Assembly: GCF_001194135.2 (NCBI RefSeq)
Contig: NC_068981.1
Span: 12,741,344 to 12,791,685 of the forward strand
Direction of reading: 5' to 3'
Origin: Octopus bimaculoides
Lineage: Eukaryota
DNA: 50,342 nucleotides
Positions within the stretch are counted from its first letter, which is position 1; each line of letters begins with the position of its first letter. This document shows positions 24,745-38,351 of the stretch, piece after piece. The notes beneath the pieces were generated by a model. That model was not told the origin of the DNA. It saw only the letters and a list, made by a program, of their open reading frames with translations, and searched no databases. The position numbers and the translations under genes are program-made.

Positions 24745-25018
24745 GGGCATATGGCGTAGTGGTGAAGAGCGTTGGTTACTAACCCCAAGATTCCGAGTTC
24801 GATTCCAGGCAGTGAACTGAATAATAATAATAATAATAATAATAACAACACCGAAAATACCGTAGGAATGAGCACACAGGTTCAAAATTTCCCCAAGACA
24901 CCTGATGAAGGCTGGAGGGTATATCAGCCGAAACGTTGTCTTAGCAACAAACAAGATGAGGTCAAATATCTGTCAATTGTAAATTATGTATATTATTCCT
25001 CATCTCTTAAATAAAGAA
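24745..25018 (+). mobile_element. Composite element: tRNA-like head + (AAT)n + hammerhead-bearing tail
   Basis: A box TGGCGTAGTGG, B box GAGTTCGATTCC, (AAT)n, then a tail homologous to 44540-44700 on the minus strand. Confidence 0.8.
24897..24942 (+). ncRNA. Minimal type I hammerhead ribozyme motif (Penelope-type)
   Basis: gacac-CTGATGA-A-GGCTGG(agggtata)TCAGCC-GAAAC-GT-T-gtctt: core boxes, 6-bp stem II, palindromic ACGT stem III; stem I has one C-C mismatch. Confidence 0.65.
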
Positions 25019-26449
25019 TTGTAATATTTATCGTGATGGGGCAACAGGTAAAAGGGACTTTTACGGGGCGACTATTAAATATATTTTCTTGAAACTATAG
25101 GTATCTGCGAAACACATTTACCTTTTCAGCCCAGGAATATTCTGCCTACGTTAGACTTAACATTCAATTAGGAATTTGGAGCACGAACCTATCAATCTTC
25201 ATGTGTTTATTAGTTTTCTTATTTTTAATTATTGATCGTGTAAATTAACTTTTCTTTGAAGCAACTGTTAACCTGGACATTGTTAACCTGGATACTGAAG
25301 CGCAAAATCAGCTGTGCACCTAGGAAAGTCATTCTGGTGTATTACCATCAATGATTCCGATATACTCTCTTTTGAAAATTTACTTTTTCCATAGCAAACA
25401 ATGGATTTAACCGAACTTATTAAACAGATGTTATTCAAGATGTCTCTCCTTTTGTAATCGTAATGACATTAGTTTTGGGTCTTATAAGCTCTTGATTACT
25501 CAATGTTACTGTTCACTTTAATAATTTTAAATTATCATATTTGAAAAAAAATGTTCGGTATAGTGTTAAATGAACTGTAGAATGAAGGAATATTACAATC
25601 TCTAAAATAATAAATAATAAATCCGCTACTTACATGGAAACTAATCCAACGTAAAAAGACAAAATGCTAGAAACCGAGTATCGACCACCACATAGCACTT
25701 TATTCATAAACACGACCACGCATGTGCTGAAACATGTTAATACAGAGAGTGATAGCGACAAGATCCAGAGAAAAATTATTTAGAAGCAGATACTTTTAAC
25801 TCTTAATAGGAAATTTAACTTTTGTTGTTAACTCAGAATTATATATTTGTGTGCAATTAATTTTATTTTTTCTGTAAACAATTTTTATGAATTTGCTCGA
25901 AAATCGATGGTCATTTATAGCAGTTAACGCTCAAGCGTTAGTGTGTGTAACGGAATATTCAGCATACATTTCTTATAGACTTCTTGTATTATAATTCTTG
26001 CATTTTTAACTCGTAAAGCACTATTAGCTATCTGAAAAACCAATATTTGTTTTAGAGGTTTGTGAGGCATTTGTGATATGTTTGTGTATAAACCATTTAT
26101 ATTTGCTGTCTTCAGCAAGAATATATTGCTGTAGATTTTAAGGTATTCCTTTACTGTATAATACGTTGAGTGATGCCACCATTTTAAAAAGGGTTATCTA
26201 CATAAATAAATATAAAGTGTTTTATGTTGTACAGATTAACAGCTATTTTCATTCAAAAAGTAGGTAGAGATGAAATTTAACCGCTGCTTATGCTTCGCTT
26301 GTGTTAGTTATCGCATTGCGCTTTAGTGGAGTTCGTATTATTCGGTGAAGTTTAGAAGAAATTCTAATCTCATTCACGCATTTGGCATTAATTTGCGCGA
26401 TCGCACGCACGCGCACACACACATTCGCGCTTACATACACACACATGCT

Positions 26450-26488
<39 letters not shown>

Positions 26489-27583
26489 TTATATATATAT
26501 ATATTTATGTATATATATATGTGTGTGTGTGCGCGTGAGGGTGTAATTATATGTATGCAAATATTTCATATATTTATGTATATGTATGCACGTATATCTA
26601 GGATAGTCAATGAGTAAAAAAGATTGCTGGAAAGACGAAGAGGAATAGATATACTGGTGTATAAAAGAATACAGAAATAGATCATTGCACATGAGCAATC
26701 CAAAAGTTGCACGTAGACTGATTGGCGGATCGATATTATATAAAAGGAAACATTTTGGCATGTGGAGTGAAGGTTTAGATATCATAGGACGAAAAGCCAA
26801 TAAATAAAGTGAAAGACGAAAATAGAGAGGGTAGAAAACGGGAATGAAATGAAATGAAATCTATTCGCATTAGCAAACGATATGGAAGTACGGGAGTTAG
26901 AAAAGAGAAATCAGAAAAGATAACAATGAAATGGAAAAGACTGAAGAGGGAAAAAATACTGGGAAACTGAGTGACAGAAGAAAGAGTGAAAGCAAGAGAA
27001 ATATGTTTCAAAGGTGATACAAAGGGAAGAACACAATACGAGATTCATGTTATGAATAGAATAGTGTATACATAATCGTACAGAAAACAATTACCAAACA
27101 TAATTATATACAAATGTATATCTCTTGCCCACAATAGATTAAATCAACATTGCCAGATTGACAATCAATATATAAAACCAAATCATATTGATCATTAGTA
27201 AAGGTTAAGTTATCAATTGATTCTTATAGACCAATATTTATTCAAACGTTTATTTGGAAGATTTCTATTTTTAATATTCATCCCCTTCCGATTTAGAGAA
27301 ATGCACATTGAACACTTTCGAAAATCATTGATACCGAGCCAACTTTCATGATCTCAGCTCGACAAGATGAAGATAAATTTGAGAAAAACATCGTTTTAAA
27401 GGAATACAATATTTAGCGAATATATTACAGACGCTTTATGTAGAATATCATAGTTAGAAGTAATATCGGATTGTAAAAATCAACTATCTGTTAATATACT
27501 GTCTGACAGATATTTTGAAAATGTTCAAACTAATTATGATACACATACGCATACATTCTTATATATAAATGTACGTATGTATA

Positions 27584-27804
27584 CGAGGGGATCCTGAAAA
27601 GATTCTGAAAATTTCCTGGCTTTGAAGGTATCGCAAAAAGCTTGGTTGGACATTCTGAATTGTTTTACAGGGCTTAGAAAAAATGAAGGACAGCTGCAGT
27701 AAATGTGAAATTCAAAGGGGAATATGATGAATAAAATTATAATTATCTGATCCTCCTGTATTTTCTTTATTCTCAAAGCCAAGAACCTTTCAGCACCCCG
27801 CTCC
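27584..27804 (+). mobile_element. Mariner-derived internally deleted element (MITE)
   Basis: TA|CGAGGGGATCCTGAAAAG left end versus AAAGCCAAGAACCTTTCAGCACCCC right end; residual transposase tail KDSCSKC...GEYDE*. Confidence 0.7.
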
Positions 27805-27929
27805 GATATATACCGGTGGGTGTTTAGGTGTTGCTGTGCGTGCGTAGGAATATATGTACATCTGTATATGTAGCATGCATAAGTGTGTGAATGCATTAAA
27901 GAGAACTGGCAGATAATGTCTACTTCAAA

Positions 27930-28160
27930 GCATACCACTTACGAAATCACCAGAAAAAAGAAACATTATTGCACCAGTCTTATAGTTATGGGTCCTGAAC
28001 TGTTCAATTGCTTACCTAAATAAATCGAAATATGTAACAAATCTCTACTGAATAATTGAGACAAAAATAATTTGGATAAAAAATGATACCGGACCAGACA
28101 AACATACGGGGTTACACTCATGGAAGATCCACTGCCAAAAGCTCAAACAGACCAACTTCC
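27930..28160 (+). mobile_element. CR1-type LINE 3' end remnant
   Basis: GPELFNCLPK at 27991-28020, then degraded LDK...PDQ. Confidence 0.6.
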
Positions 28161-28261
28161 TGCTATAAAGTGACAACAAATCGAATAGAAATTACATTAA
28201 GGTAGTGCTCCAGTATGACCGCATTCTTATCACTGAAATTATTGGAAGTATGAAACAAAAA

Positions 28262-28432
<171 letters not shown>

Positions 28433-28439
28433 ATTTGGC

Positions 28440-28567
28440 AAAAAAAGCAATAAATAAAAGGAAGATTTGAAGTGAGAAATACGCAGGTTGTGGGCATTGA
28501 GTAGAGCGGACGTAATACTAATAGTAATTGACGCGTTTGGAAGAATCAGCTCTGAACTACCATCATG
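28440..28567 (+). mobile_element. R4/Dong-like LINE C-terminal restriction-like endonuclease remnant
   Basis: EDLK*EIRRLWALSRADVILIVIDAFGRISSEL resembles the YQDLKxEIxRLWxxxxVxVIPVVIGALG motif. Confidence 0.6.
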
Positions 28568-30089
28568 AACACACGTTACAGCAAAAGATTCAATTAAAGG
28601 TAGAGTAAGCAAAACCGAACGAGATGAAGCCATGTAAGCAATGAGATGAAATAGTAATCATGCTAATAACGTTATCTCTAAATTATCACATCCTCTAGGT
28701 GAGAGAGATAACAGGAAAAATGTCTGTAATTCATTACTCATCTTCAACTGAGTAAGCTGTAGTAACATAACATAAAGTATCCTGATCAAGGAGACGACTG
28801 GATACGTTAGCTGAGAATCGGATTACAAACCATTTGTGCATAATCTCAACAACATATATGCAAAGCAACGCGTATCATACGCACACAACACATGCATAAA
28901 ACCACATACATGCATTAGTAAAACATTAATTTTCCCTCATGAAAATCTCAGAAGTGAACTAACTACTGTATGTCTTAAATCAAACACCATTTTATTTGGA
29001 AGTAATCATATACCCTAGCTACGACTATTTCAGGTGATATCATTTTCGTCGTCCATACATTCCCAATCAAATTATTTCTACTCTGTGACAGAACAGTTCT
29101 GTATTATTATAACCACAATTTTTCAAGTTAGAGCCATTCATGTTTAAGATACTTCCGGAACTGTTGTTAGGTGTTTTGTTGACGCGTATAAAATCACGGA
29201 TGATGATCACTATACTGCCTTATTTCAGACTTATGCTCAAGAAATTTCTCTAAAGGAATTTCTAAACCAGGGCTTAGTTACATTTCATAATTCAATCAAT
29301 ATTGACATTTCCCACAGTGGTTGGTCTATCATGCGGATAATTATGTATAATGTCAAATTGACATCAATTCACAATATTGCTCGTGTTCTGACAATTTCTT
29401 GCTAGACTCTTTAAGCAACAACTCTGGAACAATTACTTCCACCTCACTGTTTGCTTAATAATTCCACGTAGTCTTAGCAAATAATTTTTCCATACCCAAA
29501 AGTCAGAAGACAAAGTAAAAGTACCAAGATACGCACGTTTTACTTCGATATCAAGTTCAAACACTCTGGAAGGACCTTGATTTCATATACACGCACGCAC
29601 ACAAAAACATGCATGCACTTACACACACACACACGTTCTTTTTGGAAATGGTGGACCTAGATGCAAGTAAACTATAAATAATAGCGTGCAAATAGTGGGC
29701 CAACAATTTATAGATAGATAGACACACAGACAGATACAGATAGATAGAATTTTTAAATGTCTAGCATAGTTTAGTTGGAATTTGGAACGATTCCAGTTGC
29801 ACAGCGGCTTTCTTGTTTCTGTTCTTAAATATCATTGCAATTTGCAGGTGCATATATGTACACTTTATGAACTATCACATTGAATCACAATTTAGATGAT
29901 AATAACAGCGCTTCACTTAGTAGGATTGCGTACGCATTTAGAGCATATGAACGTAAATTATATTTCGCCTTCAAACTAAATTTATTGTGTTAATACATCT
30001 AAACTGAATTCAATGAAAATATAATTCAATACATACTTTTACATTAACTGGTTTCAGTCAAAGGCTGGGGCCATGTTGGGACATTGCTT

Positions 30090-30600
30090 TTAGGGTGAGT
30101 GGTTTTAATTACACATTTACGTCTCTGCTTTCTGTCCAAAATTGTTTCTGGTGGAGTTGCTCTTCTTTGTACTTTATGTGGGCTGTAGGTTTTTCTGAAA
30201 GGATTCAACTCTACACATGGCAGATCTGTGACGATGTATAGTAGAGTGTTTACCATTTGTAGGCCTTTGAAAAGTTTGGCATTTTTACCGACCCTAATGT
30301 TCGAGGATTGAACGCTGAAGCTTGCCCATTACTATCCTTGGAGTTGCAACTCCAGCATTTAGTTGTGCCTCCTGCTTCACATCTCTCGTTAATAAGACCC
30401 GAGGTTCTTAAACTTTATCATTTGCCTCCGTGATGTTCCAAAAACTGGTACACTGCACTGGGAAAACTTTTTTGAGAAGACCAATCTCTCACTTGTCGCA
30501 ATACTAATTCTTATCCAACCTTGCAACAATCGGCAGCGAAACTGTTCAGTGCAATTTGGATGTCACCTTCTGATGAGTCGGTAACGTTTGTGCCTCTGGC
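30090..30600 (-). mobile_element. Degraded CR1/L2 LINE reverse-transcriptase fragment
   Basis: LNPFRKTYSPHKVQRRAT resembles the WNPxxxxDIxxLEKVQRRAT motif. Confidence 0.55.
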
Positions 30601-30944
30601 CTATGTTTGGTGAGATTCGAAAACTCATATAATATATTTCATTTGTGTACACCCAGGAAACGAACCCTACGTGCATTTAAGGCTGTAGGGGCTGCTCCAA
30701 ATTACACGTTATTTTCAGTAGTATGTTGTTGGTATACTCTAAGCTGTCCGACAAGTGGTACATTCCCTTGGTGTATTAAAATATTATGAACAACAGCATA
30801 CCATGGATAAGTGTCTTCTCATAACAGCTGTATCTTACGTAAATTTTAATAGAAAAATGAGAACCTTGCTTTATCATAAAAGACCGTAATCGTCAGATGA
30901 GAAATTAATTTAGAAACCAAAGAATATCCAAGAATCTTTTCTAC

Positions 30945-31095
30945 TCTAGGCACAAGGCCTAAAATTTTGGGGAAGGGGCCAGTCGATTAGAGTGACGCCA
31001 ATACGCAACTGGTTCTTAATTTATCGACCCCGAAAAGATGACAGGCAAAGTTGACCTCGGTGAAATTTGAATTCAGAAGGTAAAGACAGACGAAG
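30945..31095 (-). mobile_element. SINE family A partial copy
   Basis: TACGCAACTGGTTCTTAATTTATCGACCCCGAAAAGATGACAGGCAAAGTTGACC. Confidence 0.75.
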
Positions 31096-32146
31096 AGAAT
31101 ATCCACGAATGTAGGAGGTATGTGTCTGTCGATGCCAAATATGAAATGGGAGATTGGCCGACTATGTTTGGCAGCTTAGGTTAAGAATGTAACATAGTTG
31201 GTCATTCTCCTACATCGCAGTTGGCCTCTACAGAACATCCCTGCTGTATTGTTGGACATTCTTTGGCTTTCGTAAAATAATTTCTCATCTGATGATTATG
31301 AACTTCTATAACGAAGTAATGTCTTCATTATTCTATTAAAAATTTACGTAAGAATCTGCTGTAGTGAGTTGACAATTATCAACCGTAAGTTATTAATTTG
31401 ATTATGTGTGTGTATTTATAACAACGTTGGTTTTGGATATATGTTTGTGCTTTGGCATTATGTAACCAGAAATTGAAGCGATTGCAGCTGCAGTCTAGCA
31501 TTCTCATTTCCCAAACAAGATGGATCTCTACTCTGTTAATATATTAGCATTTATTTAGCTGACAAAGTAAAAGTTAAGCAGTGAAACTGATCGTGTAATC
31601 AGTGTTGCTTGCAGTAAAATTCTGATCGCCCACACTACAGTATTTGCATAGTGAGTTATGAAACCTATGGTATACGTCACTGTTTGTATAGCAAATAAGA
31701 ACATTACTGTTGTATAGTAGTAAGGAAACTAAATGCCGTCTGTAAGATTATATTAGAATTGGTACGGTTTGCATTGATAACTTGCACCTCAGTAAAAAAA
31801 CGTATCGAGTCAATTCCATTAATATATAATAAGGAATATGGTGACATCTAATATAGATGACCTTTATGATCGTCGCAGCACACTGATATATAATATCTGA
31901 ACAGTTCTCATCTACCTTTTGTTCGTATTATCATTGCACTATTCCGTAACTGAATTGCTTTGCATTATATACAGTAAAGTTAGTTTTGATTACTACATCT
32001 GGACGTGTGTAGGTTCATTCTTAATAATATGCTCATGTATTATTTATAACAAAAAAAAAAAGCGAAGCTGTACGTATAACACATAACTTAGAAGCAGCGC
32101 TACAGATATACCAACACACAAGAGATTGAAACATAGCCGACCTCAC

Positions 32147-32202
32147 GCACTTCTCATGAGGAATTCCGGAAGAAGCTTCTTGAGACAACTACTGAGACAC
32201 TT
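32147..32202 (-). CDS. Candidate internal exon (KCLSSCLKKLLPEFLMRS), unidentified gene
   Basis: Acceptor poly-T-CCCAG, donor GC|GTGAGG; only one of three phases is open. Confidence 0.35.
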
Positions 32203-33701
32203 CTGGGAAAAAAAAAGCCGTTAGTAAACAGTTTATAGCGGAGACTCCATCTAAGAAGATCTGAAGAAGGATTTGTATTCCGAAATATCATCGGACTATA
32301 GATAACTAAATTATAACAAGTATATAGTCCATTTTTTGTATTATGGTGCATTGTTGTACCATTCAAAACTTTTTATTCTTTTAAACACATATATAATTTA
32401 TATAATCCACACGTCTTAAAATATTTCTCCTTATAAAATTCGAATTTTGACCTTCCCGGGAAAATATTTTTATTTTCATTCTTTGAATATTTCTATTTAT
32501 TCTATTAATTTATATGCAAAGTTTCGATTCCTTAATGCAAATGTGTTTCTTTAAACCTTCATGAAAATGTGAAGTTAATTGTTGTTTACATCTCCGATAG
32601 AAATATGATTTAATCATGAGAAGCCTATTAGGAAGATAATGAATAGGGTGAAGTCATATGAGATCTTCGTAGCAATAGCAAGCAGCTCATGCCTTAGATG
32701 TCGTATTTCGATAAACAGAACATTGAAAGAATATTAACCGATTATATTTAATAGTTAATAACAGCCACGTAATGCCTGTCAATTTCAATTTCTCGATAGA
32801 TTGTTTATAGATACATTGTTTCTTATATTTCATTATTTTTGTGCGGTAATTAGAAGCTTTCGGATAAAAAGAAGCAACACCCCCACGTTACCCCATTATC
32901 ATCCCCAATTAATTCAGTGATTGCGTTTAACTTTGGGCTATTATAGTGAACTTTTTTTCAAAATTCAAAACTTCATATAGTAATAAAGAATATTATCTTT
33001 TCCTTTCTTTTACTCATTAGCGAAAATTTAATTATTCTATTTCTCTCTGGCTGTAAATGTGCGTGACTATTAAATCACACCGGTGGGAATATTAAGAATG
33101 TTTTTCCTCTCAAATTACAATGATTTCCTGTGATTTCTAATAATTTGCTATTTGCTGATAATACACAGAGAATAAAAGGTGATGTAATGAAAGAATATTA
33201 TCTAATATCGTTGCTTTCAAAGGCTTTAAGCTAACCAATATTACATCGCTAATGTAGATCTCATCATTAAATATTACAATAATTACATGTAACGACATAT
33301 TCTTTTGAGGAATTCGCCCATTACAGCTGCCAATCAATATTATTTATGAGGTCAAAAGTTTATGTCGAGATGATTTGGACTCTACATAAAACGTTGTTTG
33401 TTTGCGAGTTTGATTATTCTTCATTGTTGAAAAATTCTATTTTTTTTCTTTCTTTATTTTATTTTATTTATTTATCTATTTATTTATTTTCTGCAACATG
33501 GCAATGGACCGATATGAATGCAACAATTTCAAGGCTGTAAACCGAGTATATTGTCCTCTGGATTTATCGATCTTAATTCACTAAGTCATATCCTTCTACG
33601 ATTTTAGCTTAAACCTATGCAGGGAATACACAACTGTTATTTACACTAAATTCTCCACTAGCTGACAAAGCATAACTCATTTACAAGCTTGCAAATAAAA
33701 C

Positions 33702-33705
<4 letters not shown>

Positions 33706-33752
<47 letters not shown>
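33706..33752. repeat. (CT)n microsatellite
   Basis: Direct reading. Confidence 0.95.
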
Positions 33753-33757
<5 letters not shown>

Positions 33758-34592
33758 TCGCTTTCGATTTCTGTTTCGTTCTTAATTTTTCTCTTTCTTT
33801 GTATGTGTGTGTGCGTGTGTCTATTTGTGTGTTTGTGCGTGTGTTTTCATTCAGTTTTATTTCAAGATTTCTTGCAAATATGGCAAAATCTGTTTTCTAA
33901 CCTAGATGCAAATCTCGATCTTTGGAATTTCAAAATCATCAGGGTATTTTGGTATGTATGTTTGTATGTATGTATGCTTATGTGCGGATTTGTATCTTTT
34001 GTTTTATGTATATATTCTCATGCATACAGTTGCTATCTAGATATGCTCGTATATACTGTATCTCATGGCCTATAAGACTCAACTATTTTAACCCCAAAAT
34101 GGCTTAAAAATACCCCTGCGTCCAATGCACTAAATGTAGGCTCAAAACCCGTGACTGTTGGCCGGTATTATACATCAGAGGTCACGTAAATGTAGCCTAG
34201 TAGCCTAGCTTAACTCTCTATCATAGAGCAATAGCCTATTTTTTCAAAACAAAACCCAAAAAAACTTTAGATTATTATTATTATTTATCATCATCATATT
34301 ATCACCATCACGATTACTATTGCTAATAATATAATTATTATATATGTTGTTATTATCGATATTTAATTACCCGATATCTGTAACGGCGTCTTAAACGCTT
34401 TACATGTTTCCGTATAAAACGTGTGCTGCCATCTATTGAATCACCAATTCATGGCAACGCTGAAGCTACCCGGAAACGCTTCTAACGTTCGCTATATCAT
34501 GAAATCTTCGTTCAGTTGCTCACAAGACACAGGTCTTTACGGATCAGAGATTTTTTTTTTCTGGAATTTACCTATACGGATATGGCTAGAAG

Positions 34593-34861
34593 ATGACAAA
34601 GGTTAAGCTACACTATTCGGTATAAGCTTCAAGTAAAAGATTACGCTAAAGAGCATGAAAACAGAGCAGCAACACGGTATGTTGGCCCTCCTCTTACTGA
34701 AATCAATGTTACGTTTCTGGCGGCTGCAAGAATATAAACTACAGGCAGCGAAGATACGAAACCATGACCTTCGTTACTCAGCTTCACACCAGCCTGCAAT
34801 TGAGGAGGAAATAAAAACGTGGGTAGCAGATCCAACAGCTTCAGCCGCAGTCGTTCAATGA
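34593..34861 (+). mobile_element. pogo-family (Tc1/mariner superfamily) transposase N-terminal fragment
   Basis: Frameshifted SYTIRYKLQVKDYAKEHENRAATRYVGPPLTE / SMLRFWRLQEYKL...HQPAIEEEIKTWV resembles the Brinker-type DBD plus the start of the CENP-B HTH of POGK-like transposases. Confidence 0.7.
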
Positions 34862-35538
34862 TAACCATCTGTAACGTTTTAAAAAAATTGGTTTCAGTCA
34901 TGGCTTGGATCTGTAGTTTTCGAATCAGCTAACTCCTTTCTAGTTGTGAGAAGCCTAATTTCTCAAGATAAGTGATTAGGCGATAGGTTACATATCTCAC
35001 ATGTACGTATGCATGTATATATGTATATTTCATATGATCCTGGATTTACCTTTCTAAAAACATTGTGAAATCTCTTAGAAATATAAGTGCTTTATAGCTG
35101 TGGAGTGGCCACTCATAACACACTTTGTTACAAACGGCAAAAAAATCAATGTTTTCAAACACACACACACACACACATAATAACAAAATTAAGAATATCT
35201 TCGCAAATTAATTTTTCGTGAAATATTTTTCTCCTTGGAAGTATCTATCTTGGTAACGCGTGCTGAAGAAGTGAAGGCTATTTTTGCCAGTGCAAAAACC
35301 GGTCAACGTGAATCAAAATACTTAAATGTATGTTAGCAGATTGTCTTAACCTTAACTACATTTCTGTAGTTATTATCAATGTATTTTGGCGATTTATATA
35401 AGTGTTTGACTGTTATTTCCAGCAGGTAGACATACGTAGTATGTCCTTTGATTAATTTTAATACACACACACACACGCACACGCACACGCACACACATAC
35501 ACACACACACACACAGATATATATATATATATATATAT

Positions 35539-36110
35539 NNNNNNNNNNNNNNNNNNNNNNNNNNNNNNNNNNNNNNNNNNNNNNNNNNNNNNNNNNNNNN
35601 NNNNNNNNNNNNNNNNNNNNNNNNNNNNNNNNNNNNNNNNNNNNNNNNNNNNNNNNNNNNNNNNNNNNNNNNNNNNNNNNNNNNNNNNNNNNNNNNNNNN
35701 NNNNNNNNNNNNNNNNNNNNNNNNNNNNNNNNNNNNNNNNNNNNNNNNNNNNNNNNNNNNNNNNNNNNNNNNNNNNNNNNNNNNNNNNNNNNNNNNNNNN
35801 NNNNNNNNNNNNNNNNNNNNNNNNNNNNNNNNNNNNNNNNNNNNNNNNNNNNNNNNNNNNNNNNNNNNNNNNNNNNNNNNNNNNNNNNNNNNNNNNNNNN
35901 NNNNNNNNNNNNNNNNNNNNNNNNNNNNNNNNNNNNNNNNNNNNNNNNNNNNNNNNNNNNNNNNNNNNNNNNNNNNNNNNNNNNNNNNNNNNNNNNNNNN
36001 NNNNNNNNNNNNNNNNNNNNNNNNNNNNNNNNNNNNNNNNNNNNNNNNNNNNNNNNNNNNNNNNNNNNNNNNNNNNNNNNNNNNNNNNNNNNNNNNNNNN
36101 NNNNNNNNNN
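35539..36110. other. Assembly gap (N run) flanked by (TA)n
   Basis: Direct reading. Confidence 0.99.
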
Positions 36111-36171
<61 letters not shown>

Positions 36172-36894
36172 GTATATAGATGTATGAATATAAATTATTA
36201 GCTACAGGATTAGTATTAGTTGTGAAAGACAATATTTATATCCAACTTAACGAGGATATCTCTCTTTTAGCAGGTCGAATACTGCCTTATTAGCCTTGAG
36301 GGAACTTCACACATAGAGTATTGGAACGTGAAAATACACTGATAGATCGTAGGAGGAGGAAATCCCCTGTTATTGGCGCCAGTAGTCCCATATTATGTGA
36401 TTTCAGTTTATTGTACGTTAGCATTGTGAGGTGTTTGGTCAAATTTCTTTGTTACTATGTACAGAATATAACCATCTTTTCAGACACTGCTGACGCAAAT
36501 AGTCATAACGATTATAAAAATGTAATTATAAGAGATGGAAGCAGTATTATTACCTGAAGGCAATCTTTCCTTCCAGCTCACCGTGCATGACTAGATAGAA
36601 CACTTAATTATACGTTATTGGACTTGCGTAGAAGGCATTTTTCTTCTATTTTTATATCTCCAGTACCAAAACGTAAGTAAGTTCAATATCATATTATTTC
36701 TGTGCGAATGGTTTTTTTTCATGTAATGCACCAGTTGAATCCAACTTCATATTTTAATGACTTCTCCTAACGTGAAAATTAATTTTTTCAGTTATTGGAA
36801 AACATTCTATCGATGCTGCTATACTTTTGTTGGTTTCATAGAACTATTTAAACTAGATTTGTGCAGATAAAACATTCAGTTCTTTATTTGCCTT

Positions 36895-36905
36895 TGATGA
36901 TGATA

Positions 36906-36941
<36 letters not shown>
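36895..36941. repeat. (GAT)n trinucleotide repeat
   Basis: Direct reading. Confidence 0.95.
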
Positions 36942-37629
36942 CTAGATGTGATTGAACATCAAAATATCTCAATATGCGCATTTGTTTTACGACAGTCATT
37001 TTCGGTTGAACATTCTGTGCAGGAAAAACATAAAACAAGCAAGCTGCAACTTTTTAATATTTCTACAGAAGTATGAAGTGAAATATTTACCTACATTTTA
37101 CATTGACTCTCATCTAATGTTTATGCTATACTATGTGGCAGTTACTGACAAAATTTAGGTGGACAGAGTATTCAATTGACTAATTTAGAAAAGCAACACT
37201 CTTGTAACGCGATAAAACAGACAAAGAAATGTGCTGATATTGCAAAACAGAAATGACGGCTTTTAGATGAAATCATAATTGTAATAGCCCAAACGGTTTT
37301 AGCAGCATGGATGTGGTAGACTTCGATATATAATAGCATTGATTTGATTCTCTAATGCAGTAGACATGTAATTTCAGTGAAAAGATATGGGATAGTGTCA
37401 AATCTCAGATTTATTATGATAACCTACAGAAAAGTAGAAAATCAGGTGAAAAATAAAAAAGGGGAACGCATCCCAACACTTAGAAAAGATAATATACCAC
37501 CAGTAACAATGACTAAAACCGGATATACGTTTCCCTACAAATTAGAATTACTATATTCAAGATTATCACTCGGAGGTGTGCAAAATAAATAATAAATGAC
37601 GAACAGATATAGGAAAAATGACACCTCAC

Positions 37630-37723
37630 CTAATTTAAGAGTTCTCGACGTGATGAATGCATTTATATCATATAATGCTTGACTATGTTTCACATGATGC
37701 CGAGATTGTTCATCATAAGTAAT
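37630..37723 (-). CDS. Candidate internal exon (ITYDEQSRHHVKHSQALYDINAFITSRTLKL), unidentified gene
   Basis: Acceptor CCTTATACCTGCAG, donor TAG|GTGAGG; 94 nt; only phase 0 is open. Confidence 0.45.
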
Positions 37724-37805
37724 CTGCAGGTATAAGGCTAAAGCTGAATTTGAATATTCCAATTTGCTGCTCGGATAATTGATGAATAGGCGTTACAAAC
37801 TATTC

Positions 37806-37843
<38 letters not shown>

Positions 37844-38114
37844 TTTTGTTTAGTTTCCTGAATATGACACTGATTTTCTTTCCGTGTCTATAGAATCTTA
37901 CGGCAACAATACAAAACAAAAATAAGCAAGCAAACAAGCTGTAGCTGTCACGAACACAGAGACTTTATAATGTGGAAACCGAATAGAAAATGTTAAATAT
38001 TCCCATTAACGAGCTAATAAAGCAGACCACAAATTATCCCGGGAATACAAATTACATCAGTTTTTACCCTCTGATACAACACATATATATGTATGTAGTG
38101 TGTGTATGTGTATG

Positions 38115-38199
<85 letters not shown>

Positions 38200-38351
38200 T
38201 GAGAGAGAGGGGGGAGAGAGAGAAAGAGACAGAGAGAAAGAGTGAATGATATACACATATATATGAATTGTCGTGTGCGTGAATGAATGTATATATGTGC
38301 ATATATAACAGCGTACAAAAACATTTACGTATTTATACACGAAATAGATGG

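Noticed and set aside
25266-25292. Short local duplications (also GGTATATTTTT x3 at 41776-41808)
   Set aside because: Ordinary slippage products with no further structure.
30570-30625. CTGATGA...GAAA hammerhead-like spacing
   Set aside because: Stem II does not pair and the segment is antisense CR1 coding remnant.
37902-37938. Extra minus-strand exon that would give a multi-TM N-terminus
   Set aside because: The acceptor lacks a pyrimidine tract and the chain depends on ad hoc exon choice.
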